Of a DNA stretch of 64,000 bases, positions 16,475-25,201 are shown piece after piece. Origin of the DNA: an uncultured Spirochaetales bacterium. Its GTDB lineage: Bacteria; Spirochaetota; Spirochaetia; DSM-27196; DATKUC01. The translations under genes and the position numbers were made by a program. Below the pieces are notes generated by a model. It ran no database searches and was not told the origin of the DNA. It saw nothing but the letters and a program-made list of their open reading frames with translations. The stretch spans positions 95,592 to 159,591 of the forward strand of contig CAZKMA010000001.1 of NCBI GenBank assembly GCA_964553615.1. The letters run 5' to 3'. Position 1 is the first letter of the stretch. Every line of letters begins with the position of its first letter.

Positions 16475-18196
16475 CTACCTGCAGACCCGGTTGCGGCCGG
16501 TATTCTTTGCCCGGTACAACGCTTCATCGGCAGCGCGGATAAGATCTTCCGCCGTGGGGGGGGTGTGCGCCGGCCTGTGTGAAGCAACGCCTCCGCTGAT
16601 TGTCACTTCACGTCCGTTCGGCCAGGGGTGCCCCTCGACTGCAGCACGAATTCGTTCGGCAAGCCGCAATGCACCCCGCGTTCCAGTCTGAGGCAGCAGA
16701 ATCACGAACTCTTCGCCCCCGTAGCGCGCTGCGTAGTCAATACTCCGAAGTTCACCGGTAATTATGGACGCGACCGTCCGTAGCACCACGTCTCCGTCGA
16801 CGTGCCCGAAGGTATCATTCAATTTCTTGAAGAAATCAAGGTCCATCATGACCAGCGACAGAGGTCGTCGATATCGGCGCGAAATCTGGATTTCGTGCTC
16901 GAGCGTATCCTGGAGATGGCGACGATTGTGCAGACCGGTCAATTCATCGGTTGTAGAGACTATTTCGAGGCGACTTTTTTCCTCCTCCAACAGTTTGTTG
17001 GCCTGTTCGAGTTGTCGGGTCCGTTCGGCGACGGTCTGCTCGAGCGATCTGTTTGTTACCGACAATTGGGCTGCATGCACCTCCACGGACGCATGGAGCG
17101 ATGCAATCCTCATTGCCACCAGGGTGGCGAGTCCGCAGCCGAAGAAGAACATCATGTAGTGTCCGGTCGTGTCGCTCCACGGCAGGATGCTTCTGGCAAC
17201 GAGGATGTCATGAACGTTGAAGATCGCCATCAGGAGAAAAGTTCCCAGAAGGATGGCGGCTTCGGCGCCACGGTTCCTGAGGGAGGCGGCGCTGGATACG
17301 AGATATGTGAGGATGAACAGACCGAACAGTATTTCGGAAGGGTTGAAAAGCATGAACACCGGAAAAACTCCGGCCACCGACAGGAGAGTGCCGCCGGCCC
17401 CGGCGGAAAGGTAGACGATTCCTGTGATCTTCATTACGAAATTGAAGGGGGGTACCACGATATTCACCAGAAAGAACGCGACAAAGCCCGGTATGAAGTA
17501 TGCGGTGGCCGCGTCAATGTATTGCCACATGAGTGGATTGTTGAGGAGAAGCTGTTTCAAATAGCTGTCGCCAATCACCCGAAACATCATGAGGATGACA
17601 ATTGTGGCGAGCAGCGCGTAGGCGCGACGCTCACGGGCGAAGAGGAACACCAGGGCACCGAGAATGGCAATGGTGCAGAGTGCTGCTGCCACAATGAAAC
17701 GCGGTGCGTCACGTCGCACCATGGTGAGGTAGATGCCGTTACGGTCACCGATCTGTACATTGCCCCACAGACCTATGTCTCGATAGTTTGAAAAGACGTG
17801 AAATTCGACTTCGTGCCCTGCGGCCTCTTGTGGAAGTGGTATTACATGCCAGGGCCATCCGCTGAACTGACCGTCAAACCGACCGCCGGGTAAGCCATAG
17901 GAATAGATATCCCTTCCGTCGATACGCGCCACGAAAGCCGTGTCTACGCTCGGAATGAAGAGAGCCGCGTCTTTCGCCAGAAGCGGAGGAAGCGAATGGC
18001 GGAGCCAGAGCGACCGCTCTTGTTCGCGGCCCGGAGGATTGCTTGGGTAGTCGATCTGGTGCCATGGGGACGGGGCTTCTCCAACCCGTTCCCAGCGGTA
18101 CTCCCACGGCCCTCCGAGCGTAGTTACCGACCGGACTGACCCGACGGCGGGCCGTTCCGCTGCTTTTGCCACCCCGGGCGCTCGTTCGGCGAACAT
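16475..18196 (-). CDS. Membrane sensor diguanylate cyclase (7TMR-DISM extracellular + 7TM + GGDEF); the true start is probably upstream of 18196
   Basis: A C-terminal GGDEF domain (LTGLHNRR, active site RYGGEEF, I-site RSID 5 aa upstream) follows 7 hydrophobic helices and an N-terminal soluble sensor domain. See the finding on its start codon. Confidence 0.88.
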   Translation of the reverse strand: MFAERAPGVAKAAERPAVGSVRSVTTLGGPWEYRWERVGEAPSPWHQIDYPSNPPGREQERSLWLRHSLPPLLAKDAALFIPSVDTAFVARIDGRDIYSYGLPGGRFDGQFSGWPWHVIPLPQEAAGHEVEFHVFSNYRDIGLWGNVQIGDRNGIYLTMVRRDAPRFIVAAALCTIAILGALVFLFARERRAYALLATIVILMMFRVIGDSYLKQLLLNNPLMWQYIDAATAYFIPGFVAFFLVNIVVPPFNFVMKITGIVYLSAGAGGTLLSVAGVFPVFMLFNPSEILFGLFILTYLVSSAASLRNRGAEAAILLGTFLLMAIFNVHDILVARSILPWSDTTGHYMMFFFGCGLATLVAMRIASLHASVEVHAAQLSVTNRSLEQTVAERTRQLEQANKLLEEEKSRLEIVSTTDELTGLHNRRHLQDTLEHEIQISRRYRRPLSLVMMDLDFFKKLNDTFGHVDGDVVLRTVASIITGELRSIDYAARYGGEEFVILLPQTGTRGALRLAERIRAAVEGHPWPNGREVTISGGVASHRPAHTPPTAEDLIRAADEALYRAKNTGRNRVCR

Positions 18197-18350
18197 CAGG
18201 TGCGGCAGGGAGACGGCGCCTGTGAGGATGAGCGCGAAAGTCCAGACACAGGTTCTGATGGGACTCCTCCAGCAGCCATCGACTATCAGGCGGAATGGCT
18301 ATTGGGAGTATAGCAAACGCACGCGCTGATTGCCAGTTGTCCGCCCGGCG

Positions 18351-20150
18351 TTACAGGAGATTGTTCGGTTGGGTTGGTGCCGTAATCTCGACTGTTTTTC
18401 CTGCCAGTTGTGAATCCTTGGAGCGAACCACAATTCGTATTGTAACGGTGTTCTGTTTGACGTTGTGCTTCCAATCTATCAGCCTGAACACATCCTGAGG
18501 TATGAGCCCCGTTTCGTCGGCGATGCTTCCCGGATAGACTCGTGACACCTGGAACAACCGCTGAAATGTTGATTTAACCGGTTTCGCGTCCATGCCGAAC
18601 AGTGCAGGGAAGAGCTCTTCCGGCTTCTGTGACTGTATGGCCGATGCAAGCGGTTTGAACTTTCTCGGCTCGGTTACCAGAAGTCCATCCATCGATTTGC
18701 CATTGTGCTTCCAGCTGATCGTGACGAGGCTCCGAACGGGGCGGGACACCAGGATATCCTGAGCGTCCTGGGTTTTCGTTACCGGGTGGCCGTCTATGCG
18801 GGAAATGACGTCGTTCTCCCGAATGCCCGCCGTATGCGCGGGGGAATCGGGAGCAACGTATGCCACGGTGAGACCGGTTTCAGTCTCCACCACTCCTGCG
18901 CCCATCCACGGAATGGGAACGTTCCCCGTTTCATAGAGTTCAGGAAGGAGTTTGCTGATCCAGTAAGAGGGAATTGCAAAGTTCACACCCTGAAACTTTG
19001 CAATTCCTGCAAAGACGATACCGACAACGTCGCCGTTCGAGTCGAGGAGGGGACCGCCGCTATTCCCCGGATTCACCGGTACATCCATCTGGATCTGATC
19101 CCCCATCTGCATGAAGCGTCTGCCGGTTGCAGACACTATGCCCGATGTCACGGTATTGTCGAGTCCACCGGGCGACCCCATGGCCACGACCGGGGTGCCC
19201 GCACGGAGTCCGTGTTTCTGCACGAACGAGAAGACATAGCTCGGTTTGATGTCCACTTTCAAGAGGGCCACATCGAAGATATGGCTGTACCCGACAACAT
19301 GAGCTGGATATTTCGTGCCTGGGTGATCCGCACGCTCCACGAAGAGTCGTGAATATCCTTTGTACTCGGGATCCACTTCGCTGCTGATTACATGGTAGTT
19401 CGTGATCAGGTATCCGCGTTTGTCAACGAAAAAACCGCTACCGATTACCGTGTCGGCATACCCGATGCCGTTCTGCATCTGAATTCCACGGTTTACAACG
19501 ATCGTAACCATTCCTTTCAGCATGGTCGACTGATCCACCTGAGCTTTGAGAAAGCGCGAGAAATCTGCGGGAACGGACTGTTTGAGCGACCTGAGGAGTG
19601 CAATGATCCGGGAAAGGCCCTCCCTGTCATTCAGTTCCATTGCAATCCTGCCGTATTTCTCGAGAAGCTTCTGATCCACAATGCCGTGCGGATGTTGAAT
19701 CCTGAGGAACAGAGAGAGCGCAGCAGGGTCATTTCCCATAGATAGATGCTTTTCCGCCGATTTGAGCCGCAATTCATCCATCGAAATTGTGCCGGTGGAT
19801 CGGGCAGCAGTCGGCAGCACGTTGCCGGAGTCCAGGGCTTCGAGCGAATGCAGATAGATCGATGCACGCGCGAACTCTTTCTGTTTCAGCGCCTCCTTGA
19901 GGTGGTCCTCCATCGCATGGATTCCGTCGGTCGTGTATTTTTCTATAGTCGTCGGAGGCAGTTCTCCGCTCCGGCGGTAACTTGCTATGAGCGGAAAAGC
20001 CTCCTGCGGGCTCGGGGATGAGACGAGTTTCTGCAGCTGTTCGGTCATGGATGCCGCAGTGATCGGAGGTGTCGACGCTATCTGCCGGACAGAAGCGCAG
20101 GAGAAGAGGACGAGAGTAGTTGCAACTATGATTGTAAGGCTCGGTTTCAT
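18351..20150 (-). CDS. Lipoprotein S1C (HtrA/DegP-like) serine protease with a helical N-terminal domain and a PDZ domain
   Basis: Lipobox MKPSLTIIVATTLVLFSC. The triad context is TNYHVI / DVALLKV / GNSGGPLL. A PDZ-like segment GIRENDVISRIDGHPV is present. AGGAG SD. Confidence 0.85.
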   Translation of the reverse strand: MKPSLTIIVATTLVLFSCASVRQIASTPPITAASMTEQLQKLVSSPSPQEAFPLIASYRRSGELPPTTIEKYTTDGIHAMEDHLKEALKQKEFARASIYLHSLEALDSGNVLPTAARSTGTISMDELRLKSAEKHLSMGNDPAALSLFLRIQHPHGIVDQKLLEKYGRIAMELNDREGLSRIIALLRSLKQSVPADFSRFLKAQVDQSTMLKGMVTIVVNRGIQMQNGIGYADTVIGSGFFVDKRGYLITNYHVISSEVDPEYKGYSRLFVERADHPGTKYPAHVVGYSHIFDVALLKVDIKPSYVFSFVQKHGLRAGTPVVAMGSPGGLDNTVTSGIVSATGRRFMQMGDQIQMDVPVNPGNSGGPLLDSNGDVVGIVFAGIAKFQGVNFAIPSYWISKLLPELYETGNVPIPWMGAGVVETETGLTVAYVAPDSPAHTAGIRENDVISRIDGHPVTKTQDAQDILVSRPVRSLVTISWKHNGKSMDGLLVTEPRKFKPLASAIQSQKPEELFPALFGMDAKPVKSTFQRLFQVSRVYPGSIADETGLIPQDVFRLIDWKHNVKQNTVTIRIVVRSKDSQLAGKTVEITAPTQPNNLL

Positions 20151-20208
20151 TGCGCTGCTCCTGTTCTACACATAATAAGATATTATCGTGCGTGCCGGCC
20201 ACCCCGAC

Positions 20209-20238
20209 TGAAGTATCAACACGGTTGTTGATACTTCA
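20209..20238. repeat. Perfect 13-bp-arm inverted repeat (TGAAGTATCAACA cggt TGTTGATACTTCA) in a divergent intergenic region
   Basis: Read directly from the sequence. There is no flanking T-run on either strand, so it is not a canonical terminator. Confidence 0.9.
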
Positions 20239-20342
20239 CAGGTGATTCGTCCCGTTGCCTCCGAGCGGACCCCCCGGACGGAACTGCATACCGCCGCAGG
20301 TTGTTTGTGCATCGATTATGTTCGCATTCTCCGCTGACCGGC

Positions 20343-20372
20343 TTGACAATATGCGTGCTATTTGGTTATATT
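20343..20372 (+). promoter_or_regulatory. Sigma-70-type promoter for the thioredoxin-like/permease operon, overlapped by a short inverted repeat
   Basis: TTGACA (20343-20348), 17/18 nt, TTATAT/TATATT (20366-20372). CAATAT (20347-20352) and ATATTG (20368-20373) form a 6-bp inverted repeat spanning the spacer. Confidence 0.6.
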
Positions 20373-20403
20373 GCCAATAAAGACAACAGTATGGAGGAAG
20401 ACT

Positions 20404-20643
20404 ATGACTATCCAGATTCTTGGAGGCGGATGCCCGAAGTGTCACGCACTCGAGCGCAATGCGCGCGAGGCGCTGTCTTTGCTTGGATTGGATGCGACGG
20501 TGGAGGCTGTGACCGATTCAGATCGGATCACGGATATGGGCGTCATGTTTACTCCTGCTCTGGCAATAGACGGAGTTGTAAAAAACGCCGGAAAAGTGCT
20601 GAGCGTTGACGACATCAGCGCCATCCTCTCCGACGCACGGTAA
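20404..20643 (+). CDS. Thioredoxin-fold 'redox-active disulfide protein 2' family protein
   Basis: Trimmed to MTIQILGGGCPKCHALERNAREAL... (CPKC motif; GGAGGAAG SD). About 79 aa, the typical size and sequence of this family. Confidence 0.82.
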   Translation: MTIQILGGGCPKCHALERNAREALSLLGLDATVEAVTDSDRITDMGVMFTPALAIDGVVKNAGKVLSVDDISAILSDAR

Positions 20644-20649
20644 TCCCCA

Positions 20650-21906
20650 ATGTCTACGGTACAGACTGAAGACTCGGCGGTGAAGCCGCCGAAGCGCGGT
20701 CAGGCCTTTTTTGTAAGCATGAAGTCTTTCTGGAAAAGCCGGAAAAACGTAACTCTCGCCATAATCGTGGGTGTGTTTCTTGCGGCATACTTCATACCGT
20801 TTTCCCAGCCCCGGGTGTCCATCGCGTTGAACGAGGCATTCCTCATGCTGGGAGACTACGCCAGGAGACATGTTCTCCTCTGCCTTGTACCGGCTTTCTT
20901 CATTGCCGGTGCAATAACGATGTTCCTGAATCAACAGGCGGTCATAAAGTATCTGGGCCCACAGGCGCGGAAGATAGTTGCGTACACGGTAGCCTCCGTG
21001 TCGGGGACCATTCTGGCGGTATGTTCCTGTACCGTTCTCCCGCTGTTCAAGGGGATTTACCGCAAGGGTGCGGGGCTTGGCCCTGCCGTGAGTTTCCTCT
21101 ATTCCGGGCCTGCAATTAACGTGCTCGCCATTGTTCTTACGGCGAATGTGCTGGGATTCAGACTCGGTGCTGCACGGGCAATCGGCGCCATTGTGTTCGC
21201 GTTCGTTATAGGGATTCTCATGCACATCATTTTCCGAAAAGACGACAATGCACGTACAACAAACGCGGCAATGTTCACAGCACCCGAAGATGCAGGGCGT
21301 CCGCTGTGGAAAACCACGGTATTCATGGGAAGCATGATCGGAATTCTGGTGTTTGTGAACTGGGCGCGTTCAGGCGGGTCGGTTGGTGGCTGGGACCTGG
21401 TGTATCGGCTGAAATATCCTATTACTGCGGTGTTCGGTGTTGTCCTCATCTTCTCACTGGTCCGATGGTTCGGTGCAGCGGAATTGACTGACTGGGTTCG
21501 AGCCACGAGGGACTTTGCCGTTCAGATACTGCCGCTTCTATTCGGCGGCGTGCTCGTAGCCGGATTTCTTCTCGGTCGGCCCGGTCACATGGCGCTGATT
21601 CCCGAGTCGTGGGTTGCAGCGGTCGTCGGAGGGAACTCTCTCTTTGCCAATCTCTTCGCAAGCGGCTCAGGAGCGCTGATGTATTTCGCAACGCTCACGG
21701 AGGTGCCGATTCTCCAGGGATTGATAGGTGCCGGCATGGGACAGGGACCGGCGCTTGCGCTTCTGCTTGCGGGGCCGTCGATGTCTTTACCGTCACTCCT
21801 GGTTATCGGAACCGAACTGGGGGCGAAGAAGACGCTTACATATGCAGGACTCGTCGTTGTTATGTCAACTCTGGTGGGTATGGCATACGGGACGATAGTC
21901 GGATGA
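20650..21906 (+). CDS. COG0701-type permease (ArsP-like) with a vicinal-cysteine CSC motif
   Basis: 418 aa and polytopic, with SGTILAVCSCTVLPLF in a TM helix. Pairing with the small thioredoxin-like protein is the usual context of this family. Confidence 0.75.
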   Translation: MSTVQTEDSAVKPPKRGQAFFVSMKSFWKSRKNVTLAIIVGVFLAAYFIPFSQPRVSIALNEAFLMLGDYARRHVLLCLVPAFFIAGAITMFLNQQAVIKYLGPQARKIVAYTVASVSGTILAVCSCTVLPLFKGIYRKGAGLGPAVSFLYSGPAINVLAIVLTANVLGFRLGAARAIGAIVFAFVIGILMHIIFRKDDNARTTNAAMFTAPEDAGRPLWKTTVFMGSMIGILVFVNWARSGGSVGGWDLVYRLKYPITAVFGVVLIFSLVRWFGAAELTDWVRATRDFAVQILPLLFGGVLVAGFLLGRPGHMALIPESWVAAVVGGNSLFANLFASGSGALMYFATLTEVPILQGLIGAGMGQGPALALLLAGPSMSLPSLLVIGTELGAKKTLTYAGLVVVMSTLVGMAYGTIVG

Positions 21907-21929
21907 TTTCAAGATAAGGGAGCACGGTA

Positions 21930-22958
21930 ATGAAGAAGATAATTGCGGGATTCAATCCCGCATGGGGCGCCGCCGTCATGGGCACAGGAGTCTTGAGCAT
22001 ACTTTCCGTTCAAGCGGGAGACGTATTTAAGATTCTTGCAATCGTTCTGTTCGGAATCAACGCCCTCATTCTGGTGTATTCGCTCGTTTGCTGGATTCTG
22101 ATGTGGTTCGTTGCACCAAAAAAGATCGAAGCGATCGTGAACAATGCATCCATGATCGTATTCCTGCCGACGGTCCCGATTGGATTGGTGGTGTTCGCGA
22201 GCAATCTGATGGCGCTGCGCGGGGATTACTTTCCCGGTCTCGGACTCGTGCTGCCGGCGGTACTCTGGATTGTGGCAAGTCTCGTAATAGTGGCACTGGC
22301 CGTCCACTTTCTGGACAGAATGTTCTCAAGCCCCGGGATCGAGATACAGCACTCAACATTCGGCTGGCTCATCCCCCCGGTTGCGTTGCTCGTTATTCCG
22401 CTTGGAGCCCCGGCAGTTGTCGGTGCATTTTCTCCTCCGGTTGCCGAGACTCTGGTCCTGTTCTCCTTTGCGAGTTGGGGAGCGGGTTTCTTTGCATACC
22501 TGTTCGTTAATGCGGCGGTTACTCACCGGTACTTCTTTCATGAGCTTCCGGTAAGTCAGATGACTCCGTCAGTCTGGGTCGGTCTGGGGCCACTTGGAGC
22601 AGGCGCCGCCGGACTCCTGTCGCTGACTCGGGTGGCAGATGGTATGAAAACGATGCAGGGTATAGGAAATATCAGTTTTGCGCTGGCGGTCCTCATGTGG
22701 GGGTTCGGCCTTATCTGGTATCTCGTCTCTCTGGTGTTGACAATGCGCAAGACAATCTTCGAACGGATTCCGTACACCATGGGGTGGTGGGCGTTCACCT
22801 TTCCGTTGGGTGCCTTTGCTCTGGCGACACGTCTTCTTGCGGTTCGCACGGGTATTGTGGCCATTGACGTCATCTTCTGGATCCTGTTTGCAAATCTGTG
22901 GGCGTTCTGGGTGATTACCGCGTACAGAACCGCCGCCTCCGTAGTCCGAAGCGCCTGA
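21930..22958 (+). CDS. TDT-family (TehA/Mae1/SLAC1-like) anion transporter
   Basis: 342 aa with about 10 TM segments. The N-terminus NPAWGAAVMGTGVLSIL and the C-terminus WWAFTFPLGAFALAT are patterns typical of the tellurite-resistance/dicarboxylate transporter family. Confidence 0.7.
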   Translation: MKKIIAGFNPAWGAAVMGTGVLSILSVQAGDVFKILAIVLFGINALILVYSLVCWILMWFVAPKKIEAIVNNASMIVFLPTVPIGLVVFASNLMALRGDYFPGLGLVLPAVLWIVASLVIVALAVHFLDRMFSSPGIEIQHSTFGWLIPPVALLVIPLGAPAVVGAFSPPVAETLVLFSFASWGAGFFAYLFVNAAVTHRYFFHELPVSQMTPSVWVGLGPLGAGAAGLLSLTRVADGMKTMQGIGNISFALAVLMWGFGLIWYLVSLVLTMRKTIFERIPYTMGWWAFTFPLGAFALATRLLAVRTGIVAIDVIFWILFANLWAFWVITAYRTAASVVRSA

Positions 22959-23199
22959 GCGTATCCCGACAGGCATCCGGCAGAATTGTGGCAACTGAAC
23001 CGGGAAAGTCTGCGGATGGTATTGTCAACGGAAGTAAGGTGCCGGCGCGTGGCGGAGTCGTTGTCACGCGTGGTGCGAATCGTGGAGAGACGACACAGTC
23101 TCCGCGCACGCGGATGGAGACCTTCCGGACCGTTCAGTACGTCTGCACCGACACAATGAGCCGGTACCGGAGCGCTCCTCCGATACCGGCCGCCTTGAA

Positions 23200-23355
23200 C
23201 TACTTTTTGTCTTCGTGCTGGTATTTTTTCGGGTTCGATTCAAACTCTTTCTTACACCCGGGCGCACAGAAATAGTAAGTCTTGCCTTCGTACTCGCTCG
23301 TCCACTTCGCCGTCTTCTCTTCCACTTCCATCTTGCATATAGGATCAATCGCCAT
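23200..23355 (-). CDS. YHS-domain (TRASH-type) small metal-binding protein
   Basis: Trimmed to MAIDPICKMEVEEKTAKWTSEYEGKTYYFCAPGCKKEFESNPKKYQ, the YHS signature DPxCxM...YYFCxxxCxxxF. GGAGGAAAAAG lies immediately upstream. Confidence 0.85.
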   Translation of the reverse strand: MAIDPICKMEVEEKTAKWTSEYEGKTYYFCAPGCKKEFESNPKKYQHEDKK

Positions 23356-23758
23356 CTTTTTCCTCCAATGGAGAATCGCTTTTCGTCTCCTCGATTGCCC
23401 GTGAGACGATTTCGGGAAATTCATACCACACGACTCCGTTGCTGCTTACATCCATTCTCACATGCGTCCCGTCCGACATGGCCTGAAGCAGTTTCTCCGC
23501 TTCCTCGCTCGGAAGTCCGGTATCGATGATCAACTCCGAAACGGTGAGTCTTCCGCCGTGTTTCTGGGCAACGCGGTAGATTGCGGCCTCCGGCACCGAT
23601 TCGTTCCGGGTATTCTGAGGAAATTGATCACTCCCAACCTGGCGCCGTCTCAACCGGTGCATGAGGGCAGACATCCCGTAGATCAGGAGCGGCAGGAATA
23701 TCCAGCCGAAGTCCGGCGGAAACATGACCGAATGCATCATCATGGGTGTCACGTTCAT
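23345..23758 (-). CDS. Hypothetical single-pass membrane protein with a small cytoplasmic alpha/beta (winged-helix-like) domain
   Basis: 137 aa with one TM segment (FGWIFLPLLIYGMSALM) followed by RRRQ. The C-terminal pattern GGRLTVSELIIDTGLPSEEAEKLLQAMSDGTHVRMDVSSNGVVWYEF looks wHTH-like. Its 3' end overlaps the YHS start by 11 nt. Confidence 0.55.
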   Translation of the reverse strand: MNVTPMMMHSVMFPPDFGWIFLPLLIYGMSALMHRLRRRQVGSDQFPQNTRNESVPEAAIYRVAQKHGGRLTVSELIIDTGLPSEEAEKLLQAMSDGTHVRMDVSSNGVVWYEFPEIVSRAIEETKSDSPLEEKDGD

Positions 23759-23820
23759 AAGTTACTATACCCCCGTAGCGTATGTCAATATGAGTTGACC
23801 CAGGAACTGCCGGATACCGG

Positions 23821-25089
23821 TCATGTTTCGTCGTTCACCGGGACTGGCTGGGTCTTGCGGACGACGGCAAATATGGCTGCTATCCCTACGAGGACTGAAA
23901 CTGCAACGAGGCCGTTGGCGAGTCCGAAGCGGTCCGCAAAGAAGCCGAGAGCCACCGCTACGAGCGCAGCCACAATAGTCTCCACCTGCGACTCGGCCGA
24001 GAGAGCAGTGGCAAGGATATCGGATCGCATCTTGTCGCTGACGTAGGAGATTCCGATCGGCTTTCTCAGGTTTTCGATCAGATATATGCCGACATAGAGG
24101 ATGACTGCGCCAACGGTGGACCCGAGCGCGTAGAGTATTCCCGCGCCGATGCCGAGCACCGGCCCGATGAACATCGTAATGTTCAACGGATACTCGAGAG
24201 ACTTGAAACGTTCGGTGAAACCACCTGCCGAACGGGAGGCGAGGGATGTAAGGACGTAGATGAGCGAATAGACCACGCCAACAACGATTGCAGTCCGTTT
24301 CTGGGCACTCACCACGGTCAGAATTGGAATGGCGAGCGCCAGGCTTTTCAGGAGTGGCTGCAGGAAGTCTTTCGCCGCCTTGTAATACCCGGTGTAGAGT
24401 GCGAGGTTGAGTATGGACTTCAACAGGCTCCGGTCTCTGAAAGAGTAGGCAAAGTCCTTGACCACTGAGGTGAACTGGGAAACGAACTTCTTTCCGCTCA
24501 CGCTTCGCCGGGTGCCGTCCAATTCCCGGGGATAGGTCAGCATGAGTGTCAGATCAAGCAGATAGGGGATTATCGAGAACAGGAATATGGAGGCGTAACG
24601 TCCTCGGAAGAACACGAGCCCCATGGCAATCAACGCCGACAGGGCCGAACCCATCTGCGACCATGAGCGCGTGTGGCCGTAGTAGTGCACCTTCTGGTCG
24701 GTCCATCCGTTTATCCGCAGATACTCGAAGATCATCGCCTTGTGCGTGCCTGTCCTGAAGGCTTCTCCAAAAGAGAAGAGCACCATGGCTGCAACAAAGA
24801 TTGCGAACTGCCCGGAGAGGTAAAAGACGGCAAAGGAGACAATGTAGGAGCCGAAAGAGAAGACCATAGTCCGCCGGCGCCCGAGGGAATCGGCCGCAAC
24901 GCCGGTCGGAATCTCGAGAATATTGGTTGCGATCTCCTTGATGGCGTACAGCGTACCGATTTCGAGGTAGGACAATCCCTTTTCAAGGAAGAACAGTATA
25001 AGGAACGGCTCGAAGAATCGGAGGTTCTTCAGGAAACCATACACGCAGAACTTGTAGTATTGAAGGTCGCGGATGAATCGGTCTGCCAT
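23821..25089 (-). CDS. MFS transporter
   Basis: About 12 TM segments and the MFS loop motif AADSLGRRRTMVF. The start is taken at ATG 25089 (MADRFIRD...). The ORF-track TTG at 25098 overlaps a candidate -10 element. Confidence 0.8.
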   Translation of the reverse strand: MADRFIRDLQYYKFCVYGFLKNLRFFEPFLILFFLEKGLSYLEIGTLYAIKEIATNILEIPTGVAADSLGRRRTMVFSFGSYIVSFAVFYLSGQFAIFVAAMVLFSFGEAFRTGTHKAMIFEYLRINGWTDQKVHYYGHTRSWSQMGSALSALIAMGLVFFRGRYASIFLFSIIPYLLDLTLMLTYPRELDGTRRSVSGKKFVSQFTSVVKDFAYSFRDRSLLKSILNLALYTGYYKAAKDFLQPLLKSLALAIPILTVVSAQKRTAIVVGVVYSLIYVLTSLASRSAGGFTERFKSLEYPLNITMFIGPVLGIGAGILYALGSTVGAVILYVGIYLIENLRKPIGISYVSDKMRSDILATALSAESQVETIVAALVAVALGFFADRFGLANGLVAVSVLVGIAAIFAVVRKTQPVPVNDET

Positions 25090-25173
25090 GATATGCAACT
25101 ATCTCACCAAAAATGAAATCGCGCAACACGAATTACGGCATATGCCGACGCTGCAGACCCGCGCGCTTGACAT

Positions 25174-25198
25174 ATAATACCCTGGTAGGGTATATTAC
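25174..25198. promoter_or_regulatory. CsoR-type operator (ATACCCT-ggt-AGGGTAT) embedded in the csoR / MFS divergent promoter region
   Basis: TATAATACCCTGGTAGGGTATATTA has perfect 7-bp arms at 25178-25184 / 25188-25194. It lies between TTGACA (25168-25173) and TATATT (25192-25197), 4 nt before the csoR ATG. Confidence 0.65.
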
Positions 25199-25201
25199 CC
25201 C

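Noticed and set aside
16369-16475. tRNA-Leu as a possible genomic-island integration site.
   Set aside because: The tRNA 3' end is followed within 22 nt by the stop of the convergent diguanylate cyclase gene. No integrase and no duplicated tRNA 3' segment were noticed downstream.
16802-17791. 329-aa plus-strand ORF, and similar long antisense frames at 15556..16389, 42863..43765, 43512..44327, 58748..59566, 20518..21225, 8183..8851 and 10639..11304.
   Set aside because: All lie opposite well-supported genes. All have biased Arg/Gly/His composition and lack SD sequences or motifs.
18198-18279. 27-codon uORF (MAAGGVPSEPVSGLSRSSSQAPSPCRT) as a real small protein.
   Set aside because: It has no SD and encodes a non-descript peptide. 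The overlapping main frame encodes a convincing signal-peptide-like segment, so it is reported only as one alternative within the start-codon finding.
22959-23199. 240-bp convergent gap between the TDT transporter and the YHS gene, checked for a small gene or sRNA.
   Set aside because: Only nested GC-rich hairpins were found (GCCGGTA...TACCGGC around GGAGCGCTCC), consistent with a U-tract-less bidirectional terminator. ORFs there (22898..23275 and others) are low-complexity and overlap real genes.
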